A stretch of 64,000 nt of DNA from Spartobacteria bacterium (lineage in GTDB: Bacteria; Verrucomicrobiota; Kiritimatiellia; RZYC01). Below, in pieces: positions 47,701-55,508 of this stretch. Below the pieces are notes generated by a model, which was not told the origin of the DNA, did not search any database, and was given only the letters and a program-made list of their open reading frames with translations. A program made the position numbers and the translations under genes. Every line of letters starts with the position of its first letter. The first letter of the stretch is position 1. The stretch is taken from the NCBI GenBank assembly GCA_009929845.1, contig RZZM01000001.1:14166-78165 (forward strand). The letters are read 5' to 3'.

Positions 47701-50226
47701 CATGTGCTGATGTATTGGATCCCCGGTGACGCGGAGCCGAATCTCGCCAAGATATCCACCATCATCCACGGCAACCAGGCCGTTCAGCCGGGCAGTACGA
47801 TTCAGGCCCTGATCAACAACGGTGAGGGCGGGGGATACGGACGTCCTCTGGGTTCCCACGGGCTCTTCCAGGCACCCTTGAACCTACATGTCACGCCCAC
47901 CCTGGCCATGGCCATGGAATGGGCCAAAACCGACCCGGCCAATACCAACGACTGGCGCAAGACCAAATACGCCTCCGGCCCGCTCTTCAACGACTGGATC
48001 GCGGAACTGTATGCCACCAACCTGGTCTACCTGTTCGCCTCCACCTTCTCTGATCATATGATGCCGTATTTCACCGAGGCGTATAACAATGATAACATTG
48101 CGCTTGCCGAGCAGGTCCTGCATGAAATCTACGGATTCACCCCGGACTCGAATACCGTGTTCTGGACGCCCGAGCGCGTGCTCGATTCCGATACCTTCGG
48201 CAAAATTCTCAGCGCCGGCTACCGGCACACCTGTGTCGACCAGTTAACCCATATCTGGAACTGGTTCGGACGTGACGAAGCGCTGGGAACGCCCGGATAC
48301 CGTATCAATCAAATGGAAGACGTCGATTGTTTCGTTATCAATAATGGTCCCAGTGCCGTGATGTTTGAGAATTACGATGAAGGCCTGCCGATTGACCTGC
48401 GCAATCTGCTCATACGCAAGGGCCTCGAAGACACCACCAAAGACCAGTTGGTGAACCTCTTTATGCCCTGGGAGGACTACGCGGATACCGACAATGCGAA
48501 TGCCTACGATGTCAACCTGCGATGGATCGCCAATCACCCGTGGATTCAACCCGTCGGATTGGAAGAAATAGCCTCCGACCGTTCATTTGGCGGACATACC
48601 TGGTGGAGCGTCGAGCGCGGTTCTTCGCTTGCGCTTTCCAAGCAAAGTCATGTCTGGCTTAATCATGCCAGCGATGATGACTTCGATAACTGGTATCTTG
48701 GCGGTACCCTCCATGAGGGCCTCCAGGATAAATATTTTGACATCCGCCCCGGCGTGGCCATGACCAACAAGTACGGCATGCTGTACACCCCGGGCGTCGT
48801 CGCAGATGCATGGGACACGGTCGATGGACTTTCTGACCCCGACATCTCCGCGCTGGCGCGCGCCGCCCTGCACGCCTCCACCTTCGAGACCGCTTTCCAT
48901 AATGAAGATGAAAACGACCTTTCCCGCTGGTCAACCGGCGATTTCATCCATCCGGTCAGCAACTATTCTTCGTTGGCCACTTTCTCGAAGATTGCCCAGT
49001 CCCAGTCCCGCTTTGCCGCGGTCTATGACCGGGTCGACCAGTGGGCCGCCTCGGCGGCCTCGGTGACCACGCCACAGACCCAGGCCCTTGATGTGGACCT
49101 CGACGGCGAGCAGGAATATGTGATGTACAATGACCGTCTGTTTGTTCTGATCGAGCGGATCGGCGGGCGTGTGATCGGGGTCTGGGTCCGCGACATCCTC
49201 AACGCCGGGGTCTACCAGGCCGCCGGCAACCTGGTCAGTTACGCAGGCAGCGAGGACGAAACCGAAAACTACTATAATGCCGACACCAATGGCGTGGTCG
49301 GCGCCTACCGGACCTCCCTGCTCAAGGACTGGTGGGCGGACACCGCCGACTATATCAACGATATCTATACCGCTTCCCCGGTGGCCGGAGGGTGGCAGAT
49401 GACCTCATCGAACGGATGCATCCAGAAGACCCTCACCCTGGCGGAAAAGTCCTGGGAGATGGAAGTGGACTACGTTTTGTCCGGTGCGTTGGCGGGAACC
49501 ACGCTTTACATACGCAACGGGTTCTCCCCGCATCTCTATGATTTGCTGGTGGCCGGGCAGGGGACCCTGGGCGATCTGCAGGATGCCTCCGGCGTCCTTA
49601 CCCTGGAAAACACCAATTACAATACTACCGTGCTGACTACCATTGGCTATGCGGACGGCACGCACGCTGCAGGCTATGTTTCCACGGCTATCGATCAGCC
49701 GTCCTCCGGCGCCCAATTCCATACCATGAACATGCGCAACCAGGCGCAGACCCACCAGGTCGAGCTTTCCGGGTCCGCCAGCTTCTCCTTCTCGCTCGGG
49801 TTCCGCGCCCTGCCGTCCGACTGGAACCAGGACGGCATGCCCAACGACTGGGCGGACGAGTACGGACTGGGGACAAACGTCCAGGGCGGCGCCTCCCAGG
49901 ACGCTGATGGTGATGGCGTCATCAACAAGGATGAATATGTCGCCGGCACCAATCCGAATCAGGATACCGACTACCTTTATGTCTCCCAGACCGCCCCCAC
50001 CGGAACCGGCATCCGGGTACAGTTCCCGACCAAGGCCGGTCGCGACTACCGCATCTGGTACATGAATTCGTCCCTGCAAACGCCCAACTGGAGCAACGCC
50101 ACCCCGACGCTCATCAGCGGCACCGGCAGCACCTACGAATGGATCGACGACGGTTCCAATACCGACCCCAACCCCGCGGACACCACCAACCGCTTCTACA
50201 AAATCCAGGTCCAGTTGCCCCAATAA
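41779..50226 (+). CDS. Giant secreted multidomain glycoside hydrolase (2815 aa): GH13 alpha-amylase-family domain, beta-sandwich region, thrombospondin-type-3/EF-hand-like Ca-binding repeats, GH57-like domain, dockerin-like module and a C-terminal beta domain
   Basis: GH13 regions are GLRLDAVKHV (region II) and YAKSHDD (region IV). The Ca-binding repeats are DTDGDGLPDALE, DSDYDGLPDGVED, DSDGDGLSDGYGEDGD and DTDGDGLPDGWE. GH57-like motifs are IIHGNQAVQP, LNLHVTPTLAMAMEW and VFWTPERVL. A signal peptide probably begins at GTG 41824 (VKAKLRLWCMCLLIGGVVASVPASA). Confidence 0.85.
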   Translation: MCIDILSGKEKKGLNVKAKLRLWCMCLLIGGVVASVPASAEVILQVFNNTWAEITEKIPEYVEVGYTALWLPPPQKAGSIWSVGYDLFDPFDLGGIDQNGSVKTRYGTEAELKNLMATAHRFGLRVYFDNIMNHRGYHIPGYDANTPLDVYPGMLPEDFHLQVTPEGFYRAWPDTVNWGSTWEVQNYWLSGLIDISHEEPNANFGQNAGDTHPRIKFLRHPNNPEFYAYLPDDTYVGFNSPQITTNTLATNSWYYEEDVGAYLNRSVRWLVNETKCDGLRLDAVKHVPGYFFGEQWAGDKDSSDAGYCGQAQVEFNLSRGFNDWDNHRDTVFDTELDFGRNDLMIFGEHMGEPPPYSDFWAAGMRLLDARTHSTLNERLGNPWSNLNGLDSADYIDGVQMGQQLGIYYAKSHDDGIANHEELHYAINLTRAGLPDIYTDGNRQAETLGESGGAFPRHANTCYLGQWGDSRIPNLVYMHNQFARSWQYPRLSDDDVVAYDRIDKRENSGMSDADACVMCFMLNDNYADGAYREVSTAFPEGAYLWQYATGGGNFYTQVDGGKIKVIIPSGGYFLFSWRSPEESTLWSYGGGNPLTIYENGEECGWMGYWRYDGPDGDPNFNPYASGVTTNYGYKWWVPLVTSRTNLRFATRVDGSAYHVMFKLDGGMDLNGDAHAPSGDMRDHPPGNEGSYDVFLGYEDADFVKRIGPEKFADSDTSSNTIGSAGSGSYEMTIGSDGVNVNHGNGANDYDNTQGASFVYHDPTASTDFGESQFWPPPSNAANQDLWIQVKVGQAGDINRVYLYYSIDGETWPEGAGGEAVGNNTYVTEMYWTTNWVDGSDTNDWWKCSIPGGFPADTVFRYKIGACREQGYAGAPWYCPFPNSEYDIAMKTRMMGLWEIDDLNVDTNVYYQHNDWGNVITGLVDGFHVIRSRAFLQRETQAPIYNTFTQPFYLDAETVQGELIYPAENDTLYNNEYGCVLRTDWTCKKVYFHIEDNDPSNDDAATGRTLGNGTNAAGAWAWAEASENIPALNIDSVYPKEWRFNYSNIPSNGAAVLYIKMAELSSSTNYLDTAEDGHFGEIVRNLNASGPGYRMFMAWPQNNGDTVGEGYDMKVHFSWNLWEGFDETTVKNRFLITIDGETQGRDNYSLSWGGAGDYHELAYSLPDLYDGSPENVHEIVVTHTNAAGNGVTLNAAREVLAYPSSTGPTIQITDPPEYDSDGARYRIILPDLASPTPTDRMYQVSVQTDTTVKDVWIDFTNSSTGYITPVSATNYLMSNAVTVVNGTNLVLGTNFNSVLSAGNRILIASNEVTVATILNDTNLLLRFNWDQASGTNVAAYRIGGNPTVEGSAYIWKFWWTNMTKGSYTFVASATTNTDTYNVHAAATRNATVIFREIVNASTNDLDDDDDGLFDADETTSVDLPSSNPESWTNGVVHQWYSFGKTDPLMPDTDGDGLPDALELGFRYASSSTDTNTDTNGDGYPNFIIDLDPPIYNTVPDNSDMPGFNLNASRTSKLMGSTTDPNNPDSDYDGLPDGVEDANRNGWVDGDHDALPVGYEPWDGWDYPRGVWSASWTETSPNLADSDGDGLSDGYGEDGDLNGAIAGDINSNRVYDPGEQWTETDPLNPDTDGDGLPDGWEVTYSLSPWDDGVIGHTNMYDGSLITTNTHGPDGNPDGDYIVDGTVTNPYTNIREYENGTNPRYFDPLEPPPEGSIVIGPGPSLGELTGLGTQYTEFTDWTADDVLALDEYEGAGKNSEGGDIYRKWDEWDSSRDLVAFYARDGGSDVNEFYFRVDLHDLKAHAEEGNVDFYVVIDTGNPSVGEMALPDEVDCTTSMRWEAVVAVYDSGNGAVYVDTDREHNTTASYQNLYDYGVVRRDMSDPMGFIEAYFNSSLDAVEFSIRRSGLTDSTSGAGWNGLNPGDLNYQVYSVADGTCNTCGEEGGAGGGDIGGRPDIRDAIYNDYIAEDFWNAQAGLPHVLMYWIPGDAEPNLAKISTIIHGNQAVQPGSTIQALINNGEGGGYGRPLGSHGLFQAPLNLHVTPTLAMAMEWAKTDPANTNDWRKTKYASGPLFNDWIAELYATNLVYLFASTFSDHMMPYFTEAYNNDNIALAEQVLHEIYGFTPDSNTVFWTPERVLDSDTFGKILSAGYRHTCVDQLTHIWNWFGRDEALGTPGYRINQMEDVDCFVINNGPSAVMFENYDEGLPIDLRNLLIRKGLEDTTKDQLVNLFMPWEDYADTDNANAYDVNLRWIANHPWIQPVGLEEIASDRSFGGHTWWSVERGSSLALSKQSHVWLNHASDDDFDNWYLGGTLHEGLQDKYFDIRPGVAMTNKYGMLYTPGVVADAWDTVDGLSDPDISALARAALHASTFETAFHNEDENDLSRWSTGDFIHPVSNYSSLATFSKIAQSQSRFAAVYDRVDQWAASAASVTTPQTQALDVDLDGEQEYVMYNDRLFVLIERIGGRVIGVWVRDILNAGVYQAAGNLVSYAGSEDETENYYNADTNGVVGAYRTSLLKDWWADTADYINDIYTASPVAGGWQMTSSNGCIQKTLTLAEKSWEMEVDYVLSGALAGTTLYIRNGFSPHLYDLLVAGQGTLGDLQDASGVLTLENTNYNTTVLTTIGYADGTHAAGYVSTAIDQPSSGAQFHTMNMRNQAQTHQVELSGSASFSFSLGFRALPSDWNQDGMPNDWADEYGLGTNVQGGASQDADGDGVINKDEYVAGTNPNQDTDYLYVSQTAPTGTGIRVQFPTKAGRDYRIWYMNSSLQTPNWSNATPTLISGTGSTYEWIDDGSNTDPNPADTTNRFYKIQVQLPQ

Positions 50227-50242
50227 GCCAAACCGGTAGTTG

Positions 50243-50285
50243 ACCCTCCCGCGTGCATAAACGCCCGGGAGGAACACCCGGGAGC
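50243..50285 (+). terminator. Candidate intrinsic terminator hairpins after the giant CDS
   Basis: CCTCCCG-N13-CGGGAGG overlaps CCCGGG-AGGAACA-CCCGGG. No clear U-tract follows, so this is tentative. Confidence 0.25.
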
Positions 50286-50632
50286 GTCGCTGCTTGTCCC
50301 GCCGTAATATATGAAGGCGGGTCCCCAGCGACCGGGATAATCCAGCCAGCTTACGGGTTTATCCGAAAGCAACCTGGTCTCCCCGGTCATTGAGGACAAT
50401 GACCCTCCCGTGAGAGAAGGGCGTGCGTATGGCAGCATTCAAAAAACAACAAAACTAAATAAGTAATAAAAAATAAGTATTGACGATGTGTAAGAATTAT
50501 GGTTTCTACTCCCTTCAATGACAAATGGAGGGTGCCGATGGTGGCATCTCCATGTGGTGGTCAGGATAAACAGGCGGGATGGAGATTGATCGTTGGATCG
50601 ATGGCGGGTCCCGTAAACGAAAGGGAGAAGTG

Positions 50633-51289
50633 ATGAGAAACATAGTGTTGGGTTTGGTGAGTGTGGTGGTATGTGCGGCATGCGCGGCGCAAGGGGCGCT
50701 GATTTTTGAGGATAACTATGACAGCGAAGATACCGGGAGTGGCGTCGGGTATCCGGATGGATACAGCTTTTTTGGCACGGGCATTGATGACCGAGGCGTG
50801 ACCGCGCTGGAGTCTGTGTCCCCTGATAATTCAGGGTACCTTGCCCTGGACAACGGTGTAACGGCCTGGGGCGCCGGATGCTGGAAAGCGGCGGCCGGCG
50901 GGGCTGTTGATCTTACCGAAGGGTCGCTTTCGATCTACATGAAGCGCACCGCCGGGACAGCGGGCGGTGTGGCGTTCAAGGTATGGGACGGCGATGGCAA
51001 TGAGTATCGTACAGCGGACGAAGACCTCTTTTCCATCAGTACCGACTGGACGGAGTTCAGTCAGCCGCTTTCAGCGCTGACCCACCAGGATGCCGGCAGC
51101 GGCGCGCTGGATGCCGCTAACATTACGCAGTATGGACTGATTTTCTACAAGGCGGGCAGCGGAACAGACGCCATTACCTATTACTTTGACGATTACACCG
51201 GCAGTACCATCCCTGAGCCGGGCGTCGCTATGCTGTTGATCGGCGGGATAGGGACCTGCCTGTTCCTGCGCCGTCGGAAACGCGCCTAA
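50633..51289 (+). CDS. PEP-CTERM-anchored putative carbohydrate-binding (CBM-like beta-sandwich) protein
   Basis: It has a signal peptide (MRNIVLGLVSVVVCAACAAQG) and a Gly/Asp-rich beta domain. It ends with a canonical PEP-CTERM sorting signal: IPEPGVAMLLIGGIGTCLFLRRRKRA. Confidence 0.75.
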   Translation: MRNIVLGLVSVVVCAACAAQGALIFEDNYDSEDTGSGVGYPDGYSFFGTGIDDRGVTALESVSPDNSGYLALDNGVTAWGAGCWKAAAGGAVDLTEGSLSIYMKRTAGTAGGVAFKVWDGDGNEYRTADEDLFSISTDWTEFSQPLSALTHQDAGSGALDAANITQYGLIFYKAGSGTDAITYYFDDYTGSTIPEPGVAMLLIGGIGTCLFLRRRKRA

Positions 51290-52212
51290 AAGCTGTGTGT
51301 TTTTGTGAATTCGAGCACATCGGCAAGCTTGGCTTCGGCCATGGAAATGCAGGTGTCGGCGCAACCGTAATAGACCCGCAGGACGGTATTGTTTTCTTCC
51401 ATGGTCAGGGCGCTGGGAAAGACCACGTTGGGGACATCACCGACGCGTTCATAGGGCGCAGTGGGGTAGAGCAGATAGTCTTTCGTGCGGTGGATCACCT
51501 TCCAGGGCTCATCGAGATCGAGCAGCGCGGCGCCCATGGAATACAGGAAGCCGTTGCAGCTCATCCATACCCCGTGGTACAGGAGCAGCCAGCCCTCGGG
51601 GGTTTCGATGGGGTGGGGGCCGGGCCCGGTCTTCACCGACTGCCAGCCGGGTTTCGGGCCCAGCACAAAGCGATGCGTGCCCCAGTGCACAAGATCGGGG
51701 CTGGTGGCATAAAAGATATCCCCGAAGGAGGTGTGACCGCGGTCGCTGGGCCGATGCAGGATGGCGAACTTGCCATTGATCTTGCGGGGGAAGATTACGC
51801 AGTTACGGTTGGCGGGGGGCAATGGATTTTCCCATTGTTTATAGGTGTTGAAATCTTTGGTTGTGGCCAGGCCGATGCAGGGGCCCTGTCCGTCTGAATT
51901 GCACCAGGTGATGTAGTAGGTGTCGTCCATCCTGGTGATCCGCGGGTCATAACTGTAATGGGTCATGAAAATATCGGGATCGTCGCTTTGCATCCGGATG
52001 CGCTCGGGCTCAATCGTCCAGTGGATACCGTCCGGGCTTTCACCGTAGTGCAGTGTGTATTCCATGCTGATTTCATCGATGCGAAAAATGCCCCGGTAGC
52101 CGTTGGCTTCTTTCACAATGGCGCTGTTGTGAATGCTGTTGGCGCGGGGGACGGCGCTTGGGGTGACAATGGGATTGCCTTCGTAGCGTTTAAATACGGT
52201 TTCATTGGCCAT
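51286..52212 (-). CDS. Glycoside hydrolase family 130 (beta-mannoside phosphorylase-like)
   Basis: A 308-aa protein with the GH130 pattern (NPIV, HYSYDPRI, ILHRPSD, GWLLLYHGV). Confidence 0.78.
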   Translation of the reverse strand: MANETVFKRYEGNPIVTPSAVPRANSIHNSAIVKEANGYRGIFRIDEISMEYTLHYGESPDGIHWTIEPERIRMQSDDPDIFMTHYSYDPRITRMDDTYYITWCNSDGQGPCIGLATTKDFNTYKQWENPLPPANRNCVIFPRKINGKFAILHRPSDRGHTSFGDIFYATSPDLVHWGTHRFVLGPKPGWQSVKTGPGPHPIETPEGWLLLYHGVWMSCNGFLYSMGAALLDLDEPWKVIHRTKDYLLYPTAPYERVGDVPNVVFPSALTMEENNTVLRVYYGCADTCISMAEAKLADVLEFTKTHSF

Positions 52213-55204
52213 GGTCGGTTCCTTTCATGTGATGCTGTGGACTAATAAGGGTTGCCTCGCCCCATTGGCGGGCGTCATATTCTTCGGTGCCCAGCCAGAG
52301 CAGGTGCTGCCACTGGTTCCCTTCACGCTCCGGGTCCGCATCGCAATTCGATACGTTCAATCCGATGACGTGCGGGTTTTCAACGGGGGCGCTTCCTCGC
52401 AGGAAATCAAGCGGAATCGCCGCCTCAATGTAATACCCTTCGGGGGTGATCGAGGAGGCGGCCGTTATATTGGTCAGGCTCTTGTTGTTGTAGAGGGGGT
52501 GCCGGTAGACGACGTTATCGACGCGGCCGGGGGTGTCGATGGATGGCGCCAGGTTGATCTGCCAGCATCCGGGATTGTGCGGCATATTGTTGAAAAAGTC
52601 GGCGTCGTGGCGCGCGTCAATCCACAGCTCTATACAATCGTCTTTCCAAAGGTCCGGGCCGGCCTTGTGTCGGCGCGCCACCTGATTGTCGTTGACGGCG
52701 GCGGCAATGTAGAGGGTGTCCGCATTGTAGTGCGCCAACCAAAACGTCATACCGTTGTCATTCCCTTTTTCTTTGCCGCTGAGGGTGTAGGACGGGATGT
52801 CCTCCCATGACTTGGGTTGGCCGTCCGGTTTGAAGGGCGCCGTAAGGGCCGGAATCGCCATGCTCTTTTTCGCTTCAATCCGCTGTGTGGGATCCCAGGC
52901 GGACAGGATGATTTCCGGCGTGCCCTCCGGTGGGGTGCTCGCTGTGTCGTCGCGGATAAGCCGGATGGCCGTATCCGGTCCGGCGGACGCATAGGGCAGC
53001 ACGGCTTGCCGATTGGAAACAGTGACGGTCTCTTTGGAGAATACCGTTCCTTCATAGGTATTCCATTGTTCATAGACCCATGCGCCGTCGCTGATATTGG
53101 TAATCGTAAGCGCTCCCTTGAATGCCTGTGGCGCCAGGGGCGGATGGCCGGACCACGGAAGGCGGGATGGATCGTACAGCCAGAGGTTCACACGGTCCGT
53201 TCCGCACAGGCCCATGACATGCAATTCGACGCCCGTTTCACAGACGGTTTTGCCGGTCTTCAGTTCCCAGGCGCCGTCGCGGCGGTCCAGGCCTTCCCCA
53301 AAGCGGCTCAGGGCGGCATAGTGATAGTACAGTTGATTCGGGTCGATGAGGTCATACCACCACCAGCTCATCGCGTTGCCGCCTTCCGGCAGCATGAAAG
53401 CGGCCCAGATCGTCGCATGGATAAACTGCCCGGTGAGGTCTTCGCCATCGACCCCGTCGTCGGTGTTGCGTCCGAATTCGGCCACAAAATGGGGTTTGTT
53501 TAGTTCCTTGTAGGGCGGGTACATCGAGGCCAGGTACGAGATGATGTCTTCGGTGTAGACATGGGATTGTGTGTAGTCGATTTCAGGGAGTGAGAACACT
53601 TCGACATTGGGTGTGGTGATGTAGCTGGTGGTGACCATATGGCCGTGCGGGTCCGTCTGTTTGATGTATTGCGCCATCTCCCGGTGCCAGGCGGTATCGT
53701 GGACCATGTTGAAATTGTCCGACAAGTCGACCTCGTTGAACAGCTCCCATGCCATCAGGTTGGGGGAATGGCCGTACCTGGCGATAATGTAGCGGATACG
53801 ATGGCGGGTAAGGCGTTTGGCCTCTTCATTATAGAAGAACGATTCAGGGGTTTCGCAGGGCCCGCCATTCGCGCTGTTGAGGGGATTGTTTTGCCACTCC
53901 GGGTTGGTGTTTGCGCTCACGCGGCAGTGTTCGTGAAGGACCAGTTGCAGGTAGAGGTCGTTTTCCTCCGCGCAGGCCATGATCTGGTCAAGTTTCTCCG
54001 CATGGCGCAGGTTGTAAAGGCCAAGGCCCTCGTAATCGCGAATGCCCTCCATCCACTCCAGTTCACAATTCCAGGGGGCGATCCATATCCGTGACCAGTT
54101 TTCGCCGTGCGCGTGCATGGCGGCAAATTGCTCGCGATATTCGGCAAGGCTGTTCCAGCAGACGTTGTGACCCAGCGCATAGTAGAAGCGCTCGTCCGCC
54201 AATTCGAAATAGGCCGGGTGGGCCGTGCAGACGCGCGGAAAGCCGCGCGGTTCGGCGGGGGCGACCACCAACGGGGTAACCTCGGTTTCGATGGTTTTCC
54301 CAGGGGTACGGGCGAAGAGTTTCCACTGCCACTCGCCAGCCTCTTTCGGGGTAAAACGGATCCGCCACTGGTCATAGGGATGCGATTCCGTGGCCCAGGC
54401 ATAAAGAAAGCCGGGACAGGTTACCTGGCGTCCGGAGGGGGCAAGCAGAACAACTTCCACGGATAGTTCATCCGGGTCAAACGGGTTCGTTGCCACGATC
54501 GCCAGGTCGGCCGAGATTTCGAGCATCCGGTAGCAGGCGGGCTGTTCGGTAAGCAATTCAACGTGCTGGAACGAGAGGGGGGCCACAATACGCGACGCCC
54601 GCTTTTCTTGCGCGATAGTGTCGGTGAGTGTCATGTCTATGATGTCCATTTGATACGATGCTCCTGACTCGGGGTAGAGGACCAGTTCCAGTGAAGTAAC
54701 GGGGGCTTCCATGCGCACAGCGTCTTCGTGCCGCCAGGAGGAGGTGGCGCTTTTATACTGTGGTTCCGAAAGCGCAAAGACGTGCGAGGTGATCGTATGC
54801 GCGGGGAGGGTTATGCGCGGTCCCTCATAAAATTGATCGGTGCGTAGGGCGGGGGCGAGCGTCACAGGCTGTTCGAAGGTTTCGACTGTCAGCGTGAGCG
54901 TCGATGACGGGGACAGGTGACGACCGGAAACGGCGGTCCCGATGATCGTGCCCTTTTGCGCCTCGCCTTCGGGGCCCTCAATATCAATGTTAAGGCGTTC
55001 CGGTTCGACGGGGGTGAGGACCGGGGTCGCGGAATCACCCTGCCAGACCAGCGACCAGGCGGCGGCCGGGGGAGAAAAACTCGATAACGTCGTCATCCCA
55101 TCGGCCTGTTCCACGATTTCCACGGCGGCCGCAGCAAGACAATACGCAAAAAAACAGAGCATCAATTGCGCAAATAAACGGACCGGAAGCCAGTATACCT
55201 TCAT
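52202..55204 (-). CDS. Secreted GH5-family (clan GH-A TIM-barrel) glycoside hydrolase with a C-terminal CBM9-like sugar-binding domain
   Basis: It has a signal peptide (MKVYWLPVRLFAQLMLCFFAYCLAAAAV) and the acid/base motif AWELFNEV. The C-terminal TFWLAHYNADTLYIAAAVND...DDCIELWIDARHD resembles family-9 CBM. Confidence 0.65.
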   Translation of the reverse strand: MKVYWLPVRLFAQLMLCFFAYCLAAAAVEIVEQADGMTTLSSFSPPAAAWSLVWQGDSATPVLTPVEPERLNIDIEGPEGEAQKGTIIGTAVSGRHLSPSSTLTLTVETFEQPVTLAPALRTDQFYEGPRITLPAHTITSHVFALSEPQYKSATSSWRHEDAVRMEAPVTSLELVLYPESGASYQMDIIDMTLTDTIAQEKRASRIVAPLSFQHVELLTEQPACYRMLEISADLAIVATNPFDPDELSVEVVLLAPSGRQVTCPGFLYAWATESHPYDQWRIRFTPKEAGEWQWKLFARTPGKTIETEVTPLVVAPAEPRGFPRVCTAHPAYFELADERFYYALGHNVCWNSLAEYREQFAAMHAHGENWSRIWIAPWNCELEWMEGIRDYEGLGLYNLRHAEKLDQIMACAEENDLYLQLVLHEHCRVSANTNPEWQNNPLNSANGGPCETPESFFYNEEAKRLTRHRIRYIIARYGHSPNLMAWELFNEVDLSDNFNMVHDTAWHREMAQYIKQTDPHGHMVTTSYITTPNVEVFSLPEIDYTQSHVYTEDIISYLASMYPPYKELNKPHFVAEFGRNTDDGVDGEDLTGQFIHATIWAAFMLPEGGNAMSWWWYDLIDPNQLYYHYAALSRFGEGLDRRDGAWELKTGKTVCETGVELHVMGLCGTDRVNLWLYDPSRLPWSGHPPLAPQAFKGALTITNISDGAWVYEQWNTYEGTVFSKETVTVSNRQAVLPYASAGPDTAIRLIRDDTASTPPEGTPEIILSAWDPTQRIEAKKSMAIPALTAPFKPDGQPKSWEDIPSYTLSGKEKGNDNGMTFWLAHYNADTLYIAAAVNDNQVARRHKAGPDLWKDDCIELWIDARHDADFFNNMPHNPGCWQINLAPSIDTPGRVDNVVYRHPLYNNKSLTNITAASSITPEGYYIEAAIPLDFLRGSAPVENPHVIGLNVSNCDADPEREGNQWQHLLWLGTEEYDARQWGEATLISPQHHMKGTDHGQ

Positions 55205-55508
55205 GATTTTCGCTTGTTTAGTGGTCATTGCATTCATATACATCTTGCCGTATATCCCTTTGAAATTGCCATAATATATTTTTTTCATGTGCACCGCTAG
55301 CCGCTTATCACACAACGCAAACGTTTGCATTTATCTGAAAATACGGCGTGGGGTGGATTTTGTAAAGAGGTTTTTCCGCATTATTTGCGGATAATTCAGG
55401 CCTGTTTTATGATTGATGGCACCTTTTTGCTGTGGTAACCTTTTCCCGAGGTTTCGGAACAAGCGTAACCTGCTGTTGTCGGCGGGATAGAACGAACGGA
55501 GCGATGCG

